From assembly GCA_035548315.1 (NCBI GenBank), contig DASZTF010000044.1:31484-95483 (forward strand): a stretch of DNA of 64,000 bases. Reading direction: 5' to 3'. The notes beneath the pieces are model-generated. The model had not been told where the DNA came from, ran no database searches, and saw nothing but the letters and a program-made list of their open reading frames with translations. This stretch comes from Minisyncoccota bacterium (GTDB lineage Bacteria > Patescibacteriota > Minisyncoccia > Phycocordibacterales > Phycocordibacteraceae). This document shows, piece by piece, positions 56,025-64,000 of the stretch. Both the position numbers and the translations under genes were made by a program. The first letter of the stretch is position 1, and every line of letters starts with the position of its first letter.

Positions 56025-56456
56025 TTAGGCGAACCGCTCGGTGCGCCACGCCCATGCGATGCCCGATACCACGAGTACTCGCAGCGATTGGATGAACACG
56101 GCGAGGAGTGCAAGCGAGAAGACCACTTCAGGACCAGGAAGCGATTCGAGAAGGGAGAGGAGGAACGAATGGCTGCTCCCGAGTACGGCACTGCTGTCGG
56201 TAAGTGCAAGCGAGGCGTACGTCAGGAATCCAGATGCACTCATCGCCGCCACGAGTGCTTTTCCGGCTACGATAAAGCCACCAAGGGAGAGGACTCCCGT
56301 ACAGGAAGAGAATACGAGCCGCATCCGCAATATACGGATGCGCTCCCGCGTCATTGCGCCAAACACCCGCTCGCAAAGGTATGCCGGCGCGGAATTCTGC
56401 GGAAGGGCCCCGAAGAGCCACTCGTATTCTCGTCCCATACTGCTACTACGCGCCAT
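56025..56456 (-). CDS. Multi-TM membrane protein; candidate anti-sigma factor
   Basis: Immediately downstream of, and overlapping, the ECF sigma stop. Several hydrophobic helices. No recognised domain. Confidence 0.4.
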   Translation of the reverse strand: MARSSSMGREYEWLFGALPQNSAPAYLCERVFGAMTRERIRILRMRLVFSSCTGVLSLGGFIVAGKALVAAMSASGFLTYASLALTDSSAVLGSSHSFLLSLLESLPGPEVVFSLALLAVFIQSLRVLVVSGIAWAWRTERFA

Positions 56457-57027
56457 GGTCGTGATTCGGTGCAAAGGGAAGGAGGGATGCTCTGAGCTTC
56501 CCGAGCGCCCGCCGGTGCCAGCTCTTGACCGTGTTCACGGGTGCCTCCATCGCGATAGCGATATCGTCCCAGGCGAGGTCTTCAGTATACCGCAGCACCA
56601 GGATCGCTCGGTCCCGTGGGGGCAGGTCGGTGAGTGCGTGGGCGACATGCTCAGCGAGCTCGCGGTCGGCAAAGAGCTCCGGCGGTAGTGGCGCGGGATC
56701 GGCCAGGGTGTCCTCAAATGCGGTGTCGGTACCGGGTGTTGAGAGGTCGGTAAAAAGAGTCGCGCGTTTTTTCCGCATCAGGTCACGCGCGGCGTTACGG
56801 GCAATCTCAAACAGCCAGGGTTTGAGGGCGCGAGATTCGTCAAAGCGCTTGAGGTTACGCCATGCCTTCACGAAGGTCTCTTGCGTAGCGTCTTCAGCGA
56901 GCGCGGCGTTCCCGAGGTAGCGGACGAGGAAGTTGTACACCGCGTCGATGTGCCGCTTCACGAGGAGTTCGACCGCCGCGTCGTCTCCGGCTTTGGCGCG
57001 CGCTATGAGCGGTGCATCCGGGTCCAT
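56446..57027 (-). CDS. ECF-type RNA polymerase sigma factor
   Basis: Region 2 (AEDATQETFVKAWRNLKRFD) and region 4 (RDRAILVLRYTEDLAWDDIAIAMEAPVNTVKSWHRRALGKLR). Confidence 0.8.
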   Translation of the reverse strand: MDPDAPLIARAKAGDDAAVELLVKRHIDAVYNFLVRYLGNAALAEDATQETFVKAWRNLKRFDESRALKPWLFEIARNAARDLMRKKRATLFTDLSTPGTDTAFEDTLADPAPLPPELFADRELAEHVAHALTDLPPRDRAILVLRYTEDLAWDDIAIAMEAPVNTVKSWHRRALGKLRASLLPFAPNHDHGA

Positions 57028-57100
57028 CTACGGCATTCTACCTGTGATGCTGGCGGCGCGCTAACGCAACTCGGGGCAGTATGGAGTAGTATTAATACCC

Positions 57101-57649
57101 ATGCGCCCCGTGATACGACTATTCCTCCCGGTCGCGTTCGGTCTCACCGCACTTCTCGGGGTTACCTATATAAATGAGCAGCAGCTTTTGCGTGGGGGAG
57201 CGAACGAGCCGCAGTTCGGCATGGCCCACGATATGGCCGATGCGCTTGCGGCGTCACCCGCGGCGACCACGACCGGTGCTACGGTCGCGATAGAGTCTGA
57301 CCTTTCGCCCTACACGGTCGTGTACGACTCGTATGGGAATCCCATCGGCGGCACGGGGCTTCTCCACGGCGCCCTCCCCGATATTCCCTCCGGTATTTTC
57401 GACGTGATTCGCAGCAAGGGGCAGCCGGACATGCTCACCTGGCAGCCGGAAGCAGGGGTGCGCCAAGCGATCGTGGTCGTCCCGGTGAACGGGGGATCAG
57501 GCGGTTTCGTGATGGCGGGCCGCTCGCTCGCGTATGTCGAGCAGGAAGAAAGCCGTCTTACACTGCGCACAGCGATCGGGTGGGTAGTCACCCTGCTTGT
57601 CGCGCTCCTCGGCGCAGCTATCGCGGCGCGCATAGAGCCGAAGCGCTAA
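57101..57649 (+). CDS. Hypothetical exported protein with C-terminal TM
   Basis: Signal peptide MRPVIRLFLPVAFGLTALLGV and a C-terminal hydrophobic helix. Confidence 0.45.
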   Translation: MRPVIRLFLPVAFGLTALLGVTYINEQQLLRGGANEPQFGMAHDMADALAASPAATTTGATVAIESDLSPYTVVYDSYGNPIGGTGLLHGALPDIPSGIFDVIRSKGQPDMLTWQPEAGVRQAIVVVPVNGGSGGFVMAGRSLAYVEQEESRLTLRTAIGWVVTLLVALLGAAIAARIEPKR

Positions 57650-57654
57650 TACAT

Positions 57655-57677
57655 GAAGGCCGCGACGTGCGGCCTTC
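57655..57677. terminator. Bidirectional terminator hairpin between convergent genes
   Basis: gaaggccgc-gacgt-gcggccttc perfect 9-bp stem flanked by A/T-rich sequence. Confidence 0.6.
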
Positions 57678-57693
57678 AGTCATTTCGTATTAC

Positions 57694-58338
57694 CTAGGTG
57701 GTGATGCTGCCCCAGACCGATTCCGGATAGTCATCCGGGTCGCGTCCGTCCCAGCCCATCTCACCCGAAAAGATCATCTCGATTACATGCGGCAGCCACC
57801 GGTGCTCGATCTGCTGTGTGCGCGTGCGCAGCAGTTCCGGCGTATCGTCCGCATCGATGGTGATCCGTTTGCTAAACAGCGTAGGACCCTTGTCGATCTC
57901 CGCCGTAGCGTAGTGGATGTTGAGCGATGACTGCAGGTAGCGCGCCGTGATCAGCCACTCATAGATCGCTCGATCGTAGAGCCCGTTGGTCGCAGGACGC
58001 GGCCCCGGGTGCGGGTTGATCGTGCGGTACGGCACGTGCCCGCGGATGATCTTGTTCCACCCGCAGAGCACGACGAGGTCGCGCTCGGGGTCGAAGGCGG
58101 CGAAGCGCTCGAACGTCGCATGGTAGTCGGCTGCCGTGTATCCACCGGTATGGTGGAAAAACGGAATGTCGTACTCTTCCGCGAGTTTTTCTGCGCCACC
58201 GCCGGCGATGTTGCTCACAATGCCGCAGACGGCGATGCCCTTTCCAGGCTGTAGGTGCAGCGCCTCGACGACACTGCGTGCTCCCGTTGCGCCCCCGGCG
58301 GGCGTACCGGTTGCAAACAGAAGTACTTGGTTTTGCAT
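57694..58338 (-). CDS. Formyltransferase family protein (PurN-like)
   Basis: Start at MQNQVLLF (ATG 58338). Formyl_trans_N-like motifs LVVLCGWNKIIRG, RTINPHPGP (cf. NIHPSLLP) and NIHYATAEIDKGPT. The long track ORF is an upstream extension. Confidence 0.65.
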   Translation of the reverse strand: MQNQVLLFATGTPAGGATGARSVVEALHLQPGKGIAVCGIVSNIAGGGAEKLAEEYDIPFFHHTGGYTAADYHATFERFAAFDPERDLVVLCGWNKIIRGHVPYRTINPHPGPRPATNGLYDRAIYEWLITARYLQSSLNIHYATAEIDKGPTLFSKRITIDADDTPELLRTRTQQIEHRWLPHVIEMIFSGEMGWDGRDPDDYPESVWGSITT

Positions 58339-58419
58339 GGCTGGTATCCCGGTTGTTGGTCCGTTCCCATCGTGCGCGCTTTGGCGGATAGTGTCAATTC
58401 TCCGTGCTAGCATGCGAGT

Positions 58420-59787
58420 ATGGACGTGCTCACGTTCTCGCGTATTCAGTTTGGCGACACTGCCGCCTTCCACATCCTCTGGCCCCTTATGTCGATCGGG
58501 CTCGCGCTCTACCTCGCCATCATGGAAGGGATGTGGCTCTACACTAAGGACGAGTCCTACTATCGTCAGCTGCGCTTCTGGATAAAGATTTTCGTCCTCA
58601 CGTTCGCCATTGGAGTGGCGAGCGGGTTCCCGCTTTCGTTCCAGTTCGGTACCAATTGGGCAGCATTCTCCAATGCGGCGGGGAGCTTCTTCGGTAACAT
58701 TCTTGGCTTCGAGACCACGATCGCATTCACGCTTGAGACCGCGTCGCTCGGCATACTCCTTTTCGGCTGGAAGCGCGTACCCCGCGCGGTGCACTTTATT
58801 GCGAATCTCTTCGTCCTCATCGGCGCGTCGCTCTCAGGGTTCTGGATCGTCGCAGCTAATTCTTGGATGCAGGTACCGCACGGCGTCGCGTTCGTGGAAG
58901 GGAAGTTTGTCGTCACCGATTATCTGGCTGCGATCTTTAACCCCGATACGCTCGTGTCGTTCGCCCATATGTGGCTCGCGTGCATCGTGGCGACGATGTT
59001 TCTGGTCGCGGGTATCTCCGCCGCAGTGTTGCTTACGAAAAACGCCGCAGATGCCACGCGCGCGTTCTTTCTCCATTCGCTCCGGTACGCGCTTATGCTC
59101 ATTATCATCACGACGCCGGTCCAAATGGTCGTGGGCGATATGTTTGGCGGTATCCTCGAGGCGAATCAGCCTGCAAAACTCGCCGCATACGAACTGCACT
59201 GGAATACGAATCCGCCTGGTACGGGCGCGTCGCTCAATCTGTTCGCGTGGCCGCGAGCGGATGGGGGAGGGAACGTATTCCAGATCTCCGTCCCGAATCT
59301 CCTTTCGTATATTGTCGTGCACACGCCGGATGGCGAGGTCAAGGGACTCAATGATTTCCCCCCGCTTGATCGCCCGAGCGTCGTGGATGCGATTATCACG
59401 TTCCTGTCCTTCCGCGTCATGGTGGGACTCGGCGTGGTGATGTTCTTCATCGCGGTGTGGGGAATCGTCTTGTGGCGGCGCGGCGTACTTACCCTCCCGG
59501 CAATCCTTTCGCGCCGCTGGTTCTTGCGCGTGCTCGTGGCCGCTATCCCCGCAGGATTTATCGCCACCGAAGCAGGGTGGATGGTGCGCGAGATCGGCCG
59601 GCAGCCCTGGGTGGTCTACGGCATGATGCGCACGACCGACGCACTCTCCTCGAACCTCGCACTGCCGCAGGTGGGCACGAGTCTCATTGGACTTTCGGTG
59701 ATTTACGCTGCGCTCGCGGTCGCCTTTGTCGTCTTTGTGGTGCGTATCGTGCGACGAGGTCCTGATCTCACCACTCCCATACCATGA
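58420..59787 (+). CDS. cydA: Cytochrome bd ubiquinol oxidase subunit I
   Basis: Typical CydA N-terminus (FHILWPLMSIGLALYLAIMEG), Q-loop region, 455 aa. Confidence 0.9.
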   Translation: MDVLTFSRIQFGDTAAFHILWPLMSIGLALYLAIMEGMWLYTKDESYYRQLRFWIKIFVLTFAIGVASGFPLSFQFGTNWAAFSNAAGSFFGNILGFETTIAFTLETASLGILLFGWKRVPRAVHFIANLFVLIGASLSGFWIVAANSWMQVPHGVAFVEGKFVVTDYLAAIFNPDTLVSFAHMWLACIVATMFLVAGISAAVLLTKNAADATRAFFLHSLRYALMLIIITTPVQMVVGDMFGGILEANQPAKLAAYELHWNTNPPGTGASLNLFAWPRADGGGNVFQISVPNLLSYIVVHTPDGEVKGLNDFPPLDRPSVVDAIITFLSFRVMVGLGVVMFFIAVWGIVLWRRGVLTLPAILSRRWFLRVLVAAIPAGFIATEAGWMVREIGRQPWVVYGMMRTTDALSSNLALPQVGTSLIGLSVIYAALAVAFVVFVVRIVRRGPDLTTPIP

Positions 59788-60794
59788 TTACGCTCCCGAT
59801 CATCTGGTACCTCATCATCTGTCTCGAGCTCGCACTCTACGTGCTCCTCGATGGCGCTAACCTCGGTGTGGGTATCGTCTCGCTTTTCCCGCAGCAAGAA
59901 TCAAAGCGCGCGAGCATGCTCACTATCCTCGGGCCGATCTGGAATGCGAACGAGACCTGGCTCCTCGTCGCTGCGGGCACCCTCTTCGGGGCGTTCCCGG
60001 CGGTGTACAGTATCGGCCTCAACGCACTCTACCTGCCGGGTGTGATCATCCTCATCGGCCTCATCCTGCGTGCGGTGTCGTTTGAATTCCATGCCTTCTC
60101 CGTCCACAAGCGTCCCTGGAGCTTTGCGTTTGGACTCGGGAGCCTTATCACCGCGATAGGGCACGGCGCGGCGCTCGGCGGGCTCCTCTCCGGCATCGCC
60201 GTCGTCGATGGTCACTTTGCGGGTGGGCCGCTGTCGTGGGCCACGCCGCTCACCGGCATTATCATCGTGGGCGTGGTCGCGAGCTATCTCGTACTCGGGT
60301 ATGCGTACCTCATCCGTCGCATGGCATACGAGAATCAGCACGAGACATTCTCGCGACTCCTCACCACGGTGGGCATCACGTTCGTCGCGCTCGCCATCGC
60401 GACGCTATTTCTACCGGTACAGAATTTCCTCTTCTTCACGCGGTGGGTAGAGCCGCCATCGATGTATTACCTCACCGCAATTGCGGTCGGCATAGTAATC
60501 GCGAGCGCATTCCTTTTGCACGCGGTAATCCGTCACCGCCATGCCGAGCGCCTGTATCCGCTCGCGCTCATCATATTTGGGCTCGGGTTCGTCGGGATGC
60601 TCGTCGGCACCTATCCCTACCTCATGCCGCCCTCGATCACGCTTTTTGATGCAGCGTCTCCCCATAACACGCTCGTGTTCATGCTCTGGGGCATCGGGCC
60701 CATTCTCCCGATCGTGCTCCTCTACAATATCTACCTCTCGCGCGTATTCCGCTCGGATGCGCACGAAGTCCGCGCGAACGCGTACGATATCTAG
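59784..60794 (+). CDS. cydB: Cytochrome bd ubiquinol oxidase subunit II
   Basis: Overlaps the cydA stop by 4 nt. Polytopic membrane protein with a CydB-like start (LPIIWYLIICLELALYVLLDGANLGVG). Confidence 0.9.
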   Translation: MITLPIIWYLIICLELALYVLLDGANLGVGIVSLFPQQESKRASMLTILGPIWNANETWLLVAAGTLFGAFPAVYSIGLNALYLPGVIILIGLILRAVSFEFHAFSVHKRPWSFAFGLGSLITAIGHGAALGGLLSGIAVVDGHFAGGPLSWATPLTGIIIVGVVASYLVLGYAYLIRRMAYENQHETFSRLLTTVGITFVALAIATLFLPVQNFLFFTRWVEPPSMYYLTAIAVGIVIASAFLLHAVIRHRHAERLYPLALIIFGLGFVGMLVGTYPYLMPPSITLFDAASPHNTLVFMLWGIGPILPIVLLYNIYLSRVFRSDAHEVRANAYDI

Positions 60795-62476
60795 GACTTC
60801 GTGAGGAGCGAGCGCTCGATGTCTTCCATCGTGCCGCCAACTTTCTTGCCGGGGTTGAAAATATTCGCAGGGTCGAATATCTTCTTGGTTTCTTTAAATA
60901 GCTTCTCCATCTCGGGACCAAAGAGTTTGCCAATGTACGGCGTGCGGATAATGCCGTCGTTGTGCTCGCCGGTGGTGGTGCCGCCGTATTTGATGACGAG
61001 GTCGTACACTTTGGGGGCGAGTTCCATGATCACCTGACGCGTCTCGGGCTTCTTGAGGTCCATAAGCGGGATGATGTGGAAGTTGCCGTTCCCGATGTGG
61101 CCCGCGACCGTGTAGATCATGCGGTCTTTATACTGGTCGAGGAGCGCGTTGAGCTCGGGGAGAAACTGCGGATACGTTTCGGGCGGCACGACGAAGTCAT
61201 CGATGAAGGGTGACGCATAGAATCCGTGGAGATTCTTTCGGAGGAGCGCGAATGATTCGCGGCGGACGATCCAATACTTCTCGGATTCTTTCTCGTTCTT
61301 TTCGATCTTGGTCTGCACCGGCAGTCCTTCGAGCGCGGCCTTGGCTGCGACCGCCTTGCGGTCCGCCTCCTCGATCGTGTCTTCGGCGAATTCCGCCATG
61401 AGGACCAGTTTTGGCACGCCGCCCGTGAGCACCATTTCTGCTTCGGGGATGAAGTCGATCCCGAGTCGCGCGGCCTTCGCGAACCCCATTTGGGACAACA
61501 TCTCAGGCAAGAACTTCACCGCGAGCGTGAAGGTGTTGTCGTCGTAGCTCTCGAATGATTCGGGGTTCTGCGGAAGCACGCGCTTCACGATTTCTGGTAG
61601 GATCGCGAGGTCGGAGAGAAACACCACAAGCATCGCGCGGTGCTCTTTGGGCCGCACGAGGCGGAGCTTCGCCTCCGTCCAGAGTGCGAGCGTGCCCTGG
61701 CTTCCGCACACGAGCTTTGCGAGGTTGAAGGTCTTCTTTTCTTCGTCGATTACATTCCAGAGTGCGTAGCCGGCGGAATTTTTGGATACCTTTGGTTTGT
61801 GTGCACGGATAACCGCGGCATTCTCCGTGAGAAGGGCGTGCATCTTGCGGTAGATATCGCCTTCAAAATCCTGTTTCGCCATTTTCATCGCGAGCTCGGT
61901 GGGGGAGAGCGGTTTGAATCGGGCCTCCGAGCCATCGGAGAGGACCACCTCCAGTTCCTCGACGTACTTTTCCGTCTTGCCGTATTCGAGCGTGCGTTCA
62001 CCGCCGGAATTGTTCGCCACGATGCCGCCCATCGCGCAGAGCTCGCGCGAAGCGGGGTAGGAGGGGAGGATCAAGCGCTTCTCGAGCGTCTGCTTTTCAA
62101 AATCGCGGTAGTACACGCCGGGCTCGGTGACGGCGAACCCTTGCGTGTCGCTGTCGATCGGGATCTCGTCGGCCGCCACTTCCGCCACGTGGTTCATGTG
62201 CTTGGTGAACACGGCGACGACCGAGCTCGTGAGTGGTCCGCCCGACATGTCGGTGCCGGCCGAGCGCCCCGTGACACTCACGTCCGCGCCCGCTTCGCGG
62301 GCGCGCCGCACTTCTTTCACCAAATTACTCACGTCTTCCGCATCCTTCGGGTACACCACGATGCTCGGCGTACGGGTGAAGAGCGACGTGTCGCGGGAGT
62401 ACATCTGGCGCTCCGCGGCGTCATCGGTGACCTCTCCCTTCATCGCGCCTTTGAGCGCCCCCAAAAGATCTGCCAT
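60791..62476 (-). CDS. FAD-linked oxidase (GlcD / D-lactate dehydrogenase family)
   Basis: FAD_binding_4 N-terminal domain (VVYPKDAEDVSNLVKEVRRAREAGADVSVTGRSAGTDMSGGP) and FAD-oxidase_C C-terminal domain (GGTTTGEHNDGIIRTPY). Start at MADLLG (62476). Confidence 0.85.
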   Translation of the reverse strand: MADLLGALKGAMKGEVTDDAAERQMYSRDTSLFTRTPSIVVYPKDAEDVSNLVKEVRRAREAGADVSVTGRSAGTDMSGGPLTSSVVAVFTKHMNHVAEVAADEIPIDSDTQGFAVTEPGVYYRDFEKQTLEKRLILPSYPASRELCAMGGIVANNSGGERTLEYGKTEKYVEELEVVLSDGSEARFKPLSPTELAMKMAKQDFEGDIYRKMHALLTENAAVIRAHKPKVSKNSAGYALWNVIDEEKKTFNLAKLVCGSQGTLALWTEAKLRLVRPKEHRAMLVVFLSDLAILPEIVKRVLPQNPESFESYDDNTFTLAVKFLPEMLSQMGFAKAARLGIDFIPEAEMVLTGGVPKLVLMAEFAEDTIEEADRKAVAAKAALEGLPVQTKIEKNEKESEKYWIVRRESFALLRKNLHGFYASPFIDDFVVPPETYPQFLPELNALLDQYKDRMIYTVAGHIGNGNFHIIPLMDLKKPETRQVIMELAPKVYDLVIKYGGTTTGEHNDGIIRTPYIGKLFGPEMEKLFKETKKIFDPANIFNPGKKVGGTMEDIERSLLTKS

Positions 62477-62639
62477 GTGAGCAGTATAGCGTAGCTGTGG
62501 AGAGTGGTTTGCGTTTATGTGTTGGCGTGCTATACCGTAAGGGTATGACGAATCGTGTGTATCGCATGCATAAGCGTTGGAACTTCCGCACCGCGGCGGG
62601 TTCTTCGTGCATGTGGAATTAGGCCTATCTATCCACACG

Positions 62640-62675
62640 AAACGAAAACCCGCCCCCTCAGGCGGGTTTTCGTTT
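62640..62675. promoter_or_regulatory. Perfect 15-bp hairpin (aaacgaaaacccgcc-ccctca-ggcgggttttcgttt) in a divergent intergenic region
   Basis: Direct reading. Both flanks are A/T-containing, so it could terminate a transcript from either strand. Confidence 0.5.
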
Positions 62676-62691
62676 ATCACACACCATACCT

Positions 62692-63117
62692 ATGACCATC
62701 ATCTTCGATTTCAATAGAACCCTCTACGATCCCGACACCGGGAGCCTCGTTCATGGTGCGCTCGAACTCCTTGCCGATCTTGCTGGCCAAGGCGCGGTGC
62801 TTCATTTGGTGTCTCGCATTGAGCCCGGCCGTACCGACATACTCGATGCACTGGATGTCAGAAATTATTTCACGACGATTGCATTCGTGTCTGATAAAAC
62901 CGCTCCGATCCGGACCATACTCGCCTCTGCGACGGACGATGCGTATGTGGTCGGAGACCACCTCCACGACGAGGTCCGCGCAGGTAATCGCTATGGAGCC
63001 AAGACCATCTGGCTCAAGCGCGGCAAGTTTAAGCACCTCATGCCGCTCACCGAGCACGATCGTCCCTGGCGTACCGCCACGGATATGCAGGAGGTACGTC
63101 GCGCGCTCTTCTCCTGA
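62692..63117 (+). CDS. Small HAD-superfamily hydrolase-like protein
   Basis: Motif I-like IIFDFNRTLYD (D-x-N variant) and a distal VVGDHLHDE (motif IV-like). 141 aa. Confidence 0.55.
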   Translation: MTIIFDFNRTLYDPDTGSLVHGALELLADLAGQGAVLHLVSRIEPGRTDILDALDVRNYFTTIAFVSDKTAPIRTILASATDDAYVVGDHLHDEVRAGNRYGAKTIWLKRGKFKHLMPLTEHDRPWRTATDMQEVRRALFS

Positions 63118-63123
63118 CATCGG

Positions 63124-63172
63124 TGCGCGCCCTGCTGGCGGGGTCTAGAAACCGCCAGCAGGGCGTCCATCC
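63124..63172 (+). terminator. Two tandem GC hairpins after the HAD-like gene (no clear U-tract)
   Basis: gccctgctggcgg-ggtctagaaa-ccgccagcagggc perfect 13-bp stem, then ggcgtcc-atccg-gacgcc. Confidence 0.4.
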
Positions 63173-63218
63173 GGACGCCCTGGCGAAGTCGCCAGTGCAC
63201 ATTCACAGGAGTTCTGTC

Positions 63219-64000
63219 ATGCATACACAGACATTCGATTCTGGTGTCGCGCGCACGCGCATCGCGGACTATCTCGTGGCAAGTGGATACTGGGGGGATG
63301 AGAGTCTGCGCCGTCGGCACGCCTACGTGCTCTCGCCGGCGGTCTATATGCTCTCACCCGAACAAGAACAGTCGCTGAGTCGCCTCGCACGCTATGCCTA
63401 CAACGCGGTGAAGACGCTCAACGGTCGGCTCGTGCACCTTGCCACGAGCGGCACGCATCTCTCGCACGATGAAGCGCGATTCGTGGGCCTTGCTAACGCC
63501 GGCTCGCGCTCGCTCTACACACCGGCAGATGGCGTCACGGATATCCCGCCCGTGCTCAAGGTGGATCTGGTCCAGGACGCGCAGGGTCGGTTCTTCATCG
63601 CGGAAGTGGACAGCTACAACCCGCGTGGGTTTGGGTTCGCGGCATTGCTTGAAGAAAGCATGCCGGAACTCTCGCTCATGCGGTATCCCGGGATGAAGGG
63701 ATTTGCCGAGCACATGAGTAGCACGCAAGAGTGGTGCGTCGTGGTCTCGGAATTCGAGCGTTATTACGAAGCACCGTTCCGGGTGCTCTGCAATTCCCTC
63801 GAACGGCACGGCAAGAAGATGACGATCCTGCGAGAGCACGAGCTTGGCACGGGCGGGCAGATACCGGAAGGAGCTGGCGTGCTCGCCATACCGGAAAGCC
63901 TCAACCGCTATCCGGTGGTACGCGAGAAGCTGCTCGCACATCACCGGCAGGGCACATGCGCGTTCCTCTATCCGCCGGTCGCGTACCTCGGGTCCAAAGC
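63219..64000 (+). CDS. Hypothetical protein, possibly ATP-grasp-like; truncated by window end
   Basis: AGGAG RBS 8 nt upstream of the ATG at 63219. Frame open to the window end; not in the track because no stop. FFIAEVDSYNPRGFGF resembles the ATP-grasp E-x-N loop. Confidence 0.45.
   Translation, partial: MHTQTFDSGVARTRIADYLVASGYWGDESLRRRHAYVLSPAVYMLSPEQEQSLSRLARYAYNAVKTLNGRLVHLATSGTHLSHDEARFVGLANAGSRSLYTPADGVTDIPPVLKVDLVQDAQGRFFIAEVDSYNPRGFGFAALLEESMPELSLMRYPGMKGFAEHMSSTQEWCVVVSEFERYYEAPFRVLCNSLERHGKKMTILREHELGTGGQIPEGAGVLAIPESLNRYPVVREKLLAHHRQGTCAFLYPPVAYLGSK

Noticed and set aside
57694-58794. 366-aa ORF as a single gene
   Set aside because: Only the C-terminal 215 aa (from MQNQVLLF) look like a formyltransferase. 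The N-terminal 150 aa are an R/E-rich upstream extension.
60791-62680. 629-aa version of the FAD-linked oxidase ORF
   Set aside because: The first 68 codons lack homology and run through the divergent intergenic hairpin. Homology begins at MADLLGAL (62476).

Overview
This window is GC-rich bacterial chromosomal DNA with no transposases, integrases, CRISPR arrays or rRNA genes, and no tRNA that I can support. Most of it is core informational genes: gyrB, the dnaE-thrS pair, rnhB, rpmF, nusB, rnc-smc, rnr, rpsP-KH...trmD, rpoB-rpoC, dnaG-rpoD, hisS and prmC. Interspersed are accessory and surface loci. A sortase-associated surface locus lies at ~5.1-10.3 kb. A 8-kb block of three giant secreted multidomain proteins is inserted between the KH-domain gene and trmD. 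Further downstream are a MacAB-type ABC efflux set, an ECF sigma locus, cytochrome bd oxidase cydAB and a FAD-linked oxidase. Several housekeeping genes are architecturally unusual. PheRS looks monomeric (PheS catalytic core fused to an FDX-ACB domain). DnaG lacks three of the four Zn ligands. NusB is fused to a Nudix domain. SMC is short and hinge-less. ThrRS lacks the TGS domain. rpoB is only 1059 aa. S16, L32, RpoD and other proteins carry low-complexity tails. Together with the missing rimM/rplS neighbours this suggests a reduced-genome lineage (Patescibacteria/CPR-like), but that is inference. Many genes have -10 boxes immediately upstream of the start codon. Intrinsic terminators are clear GC hairpins. 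Long ORFs antisense to real genes are frequent artefacts of the high GC content.
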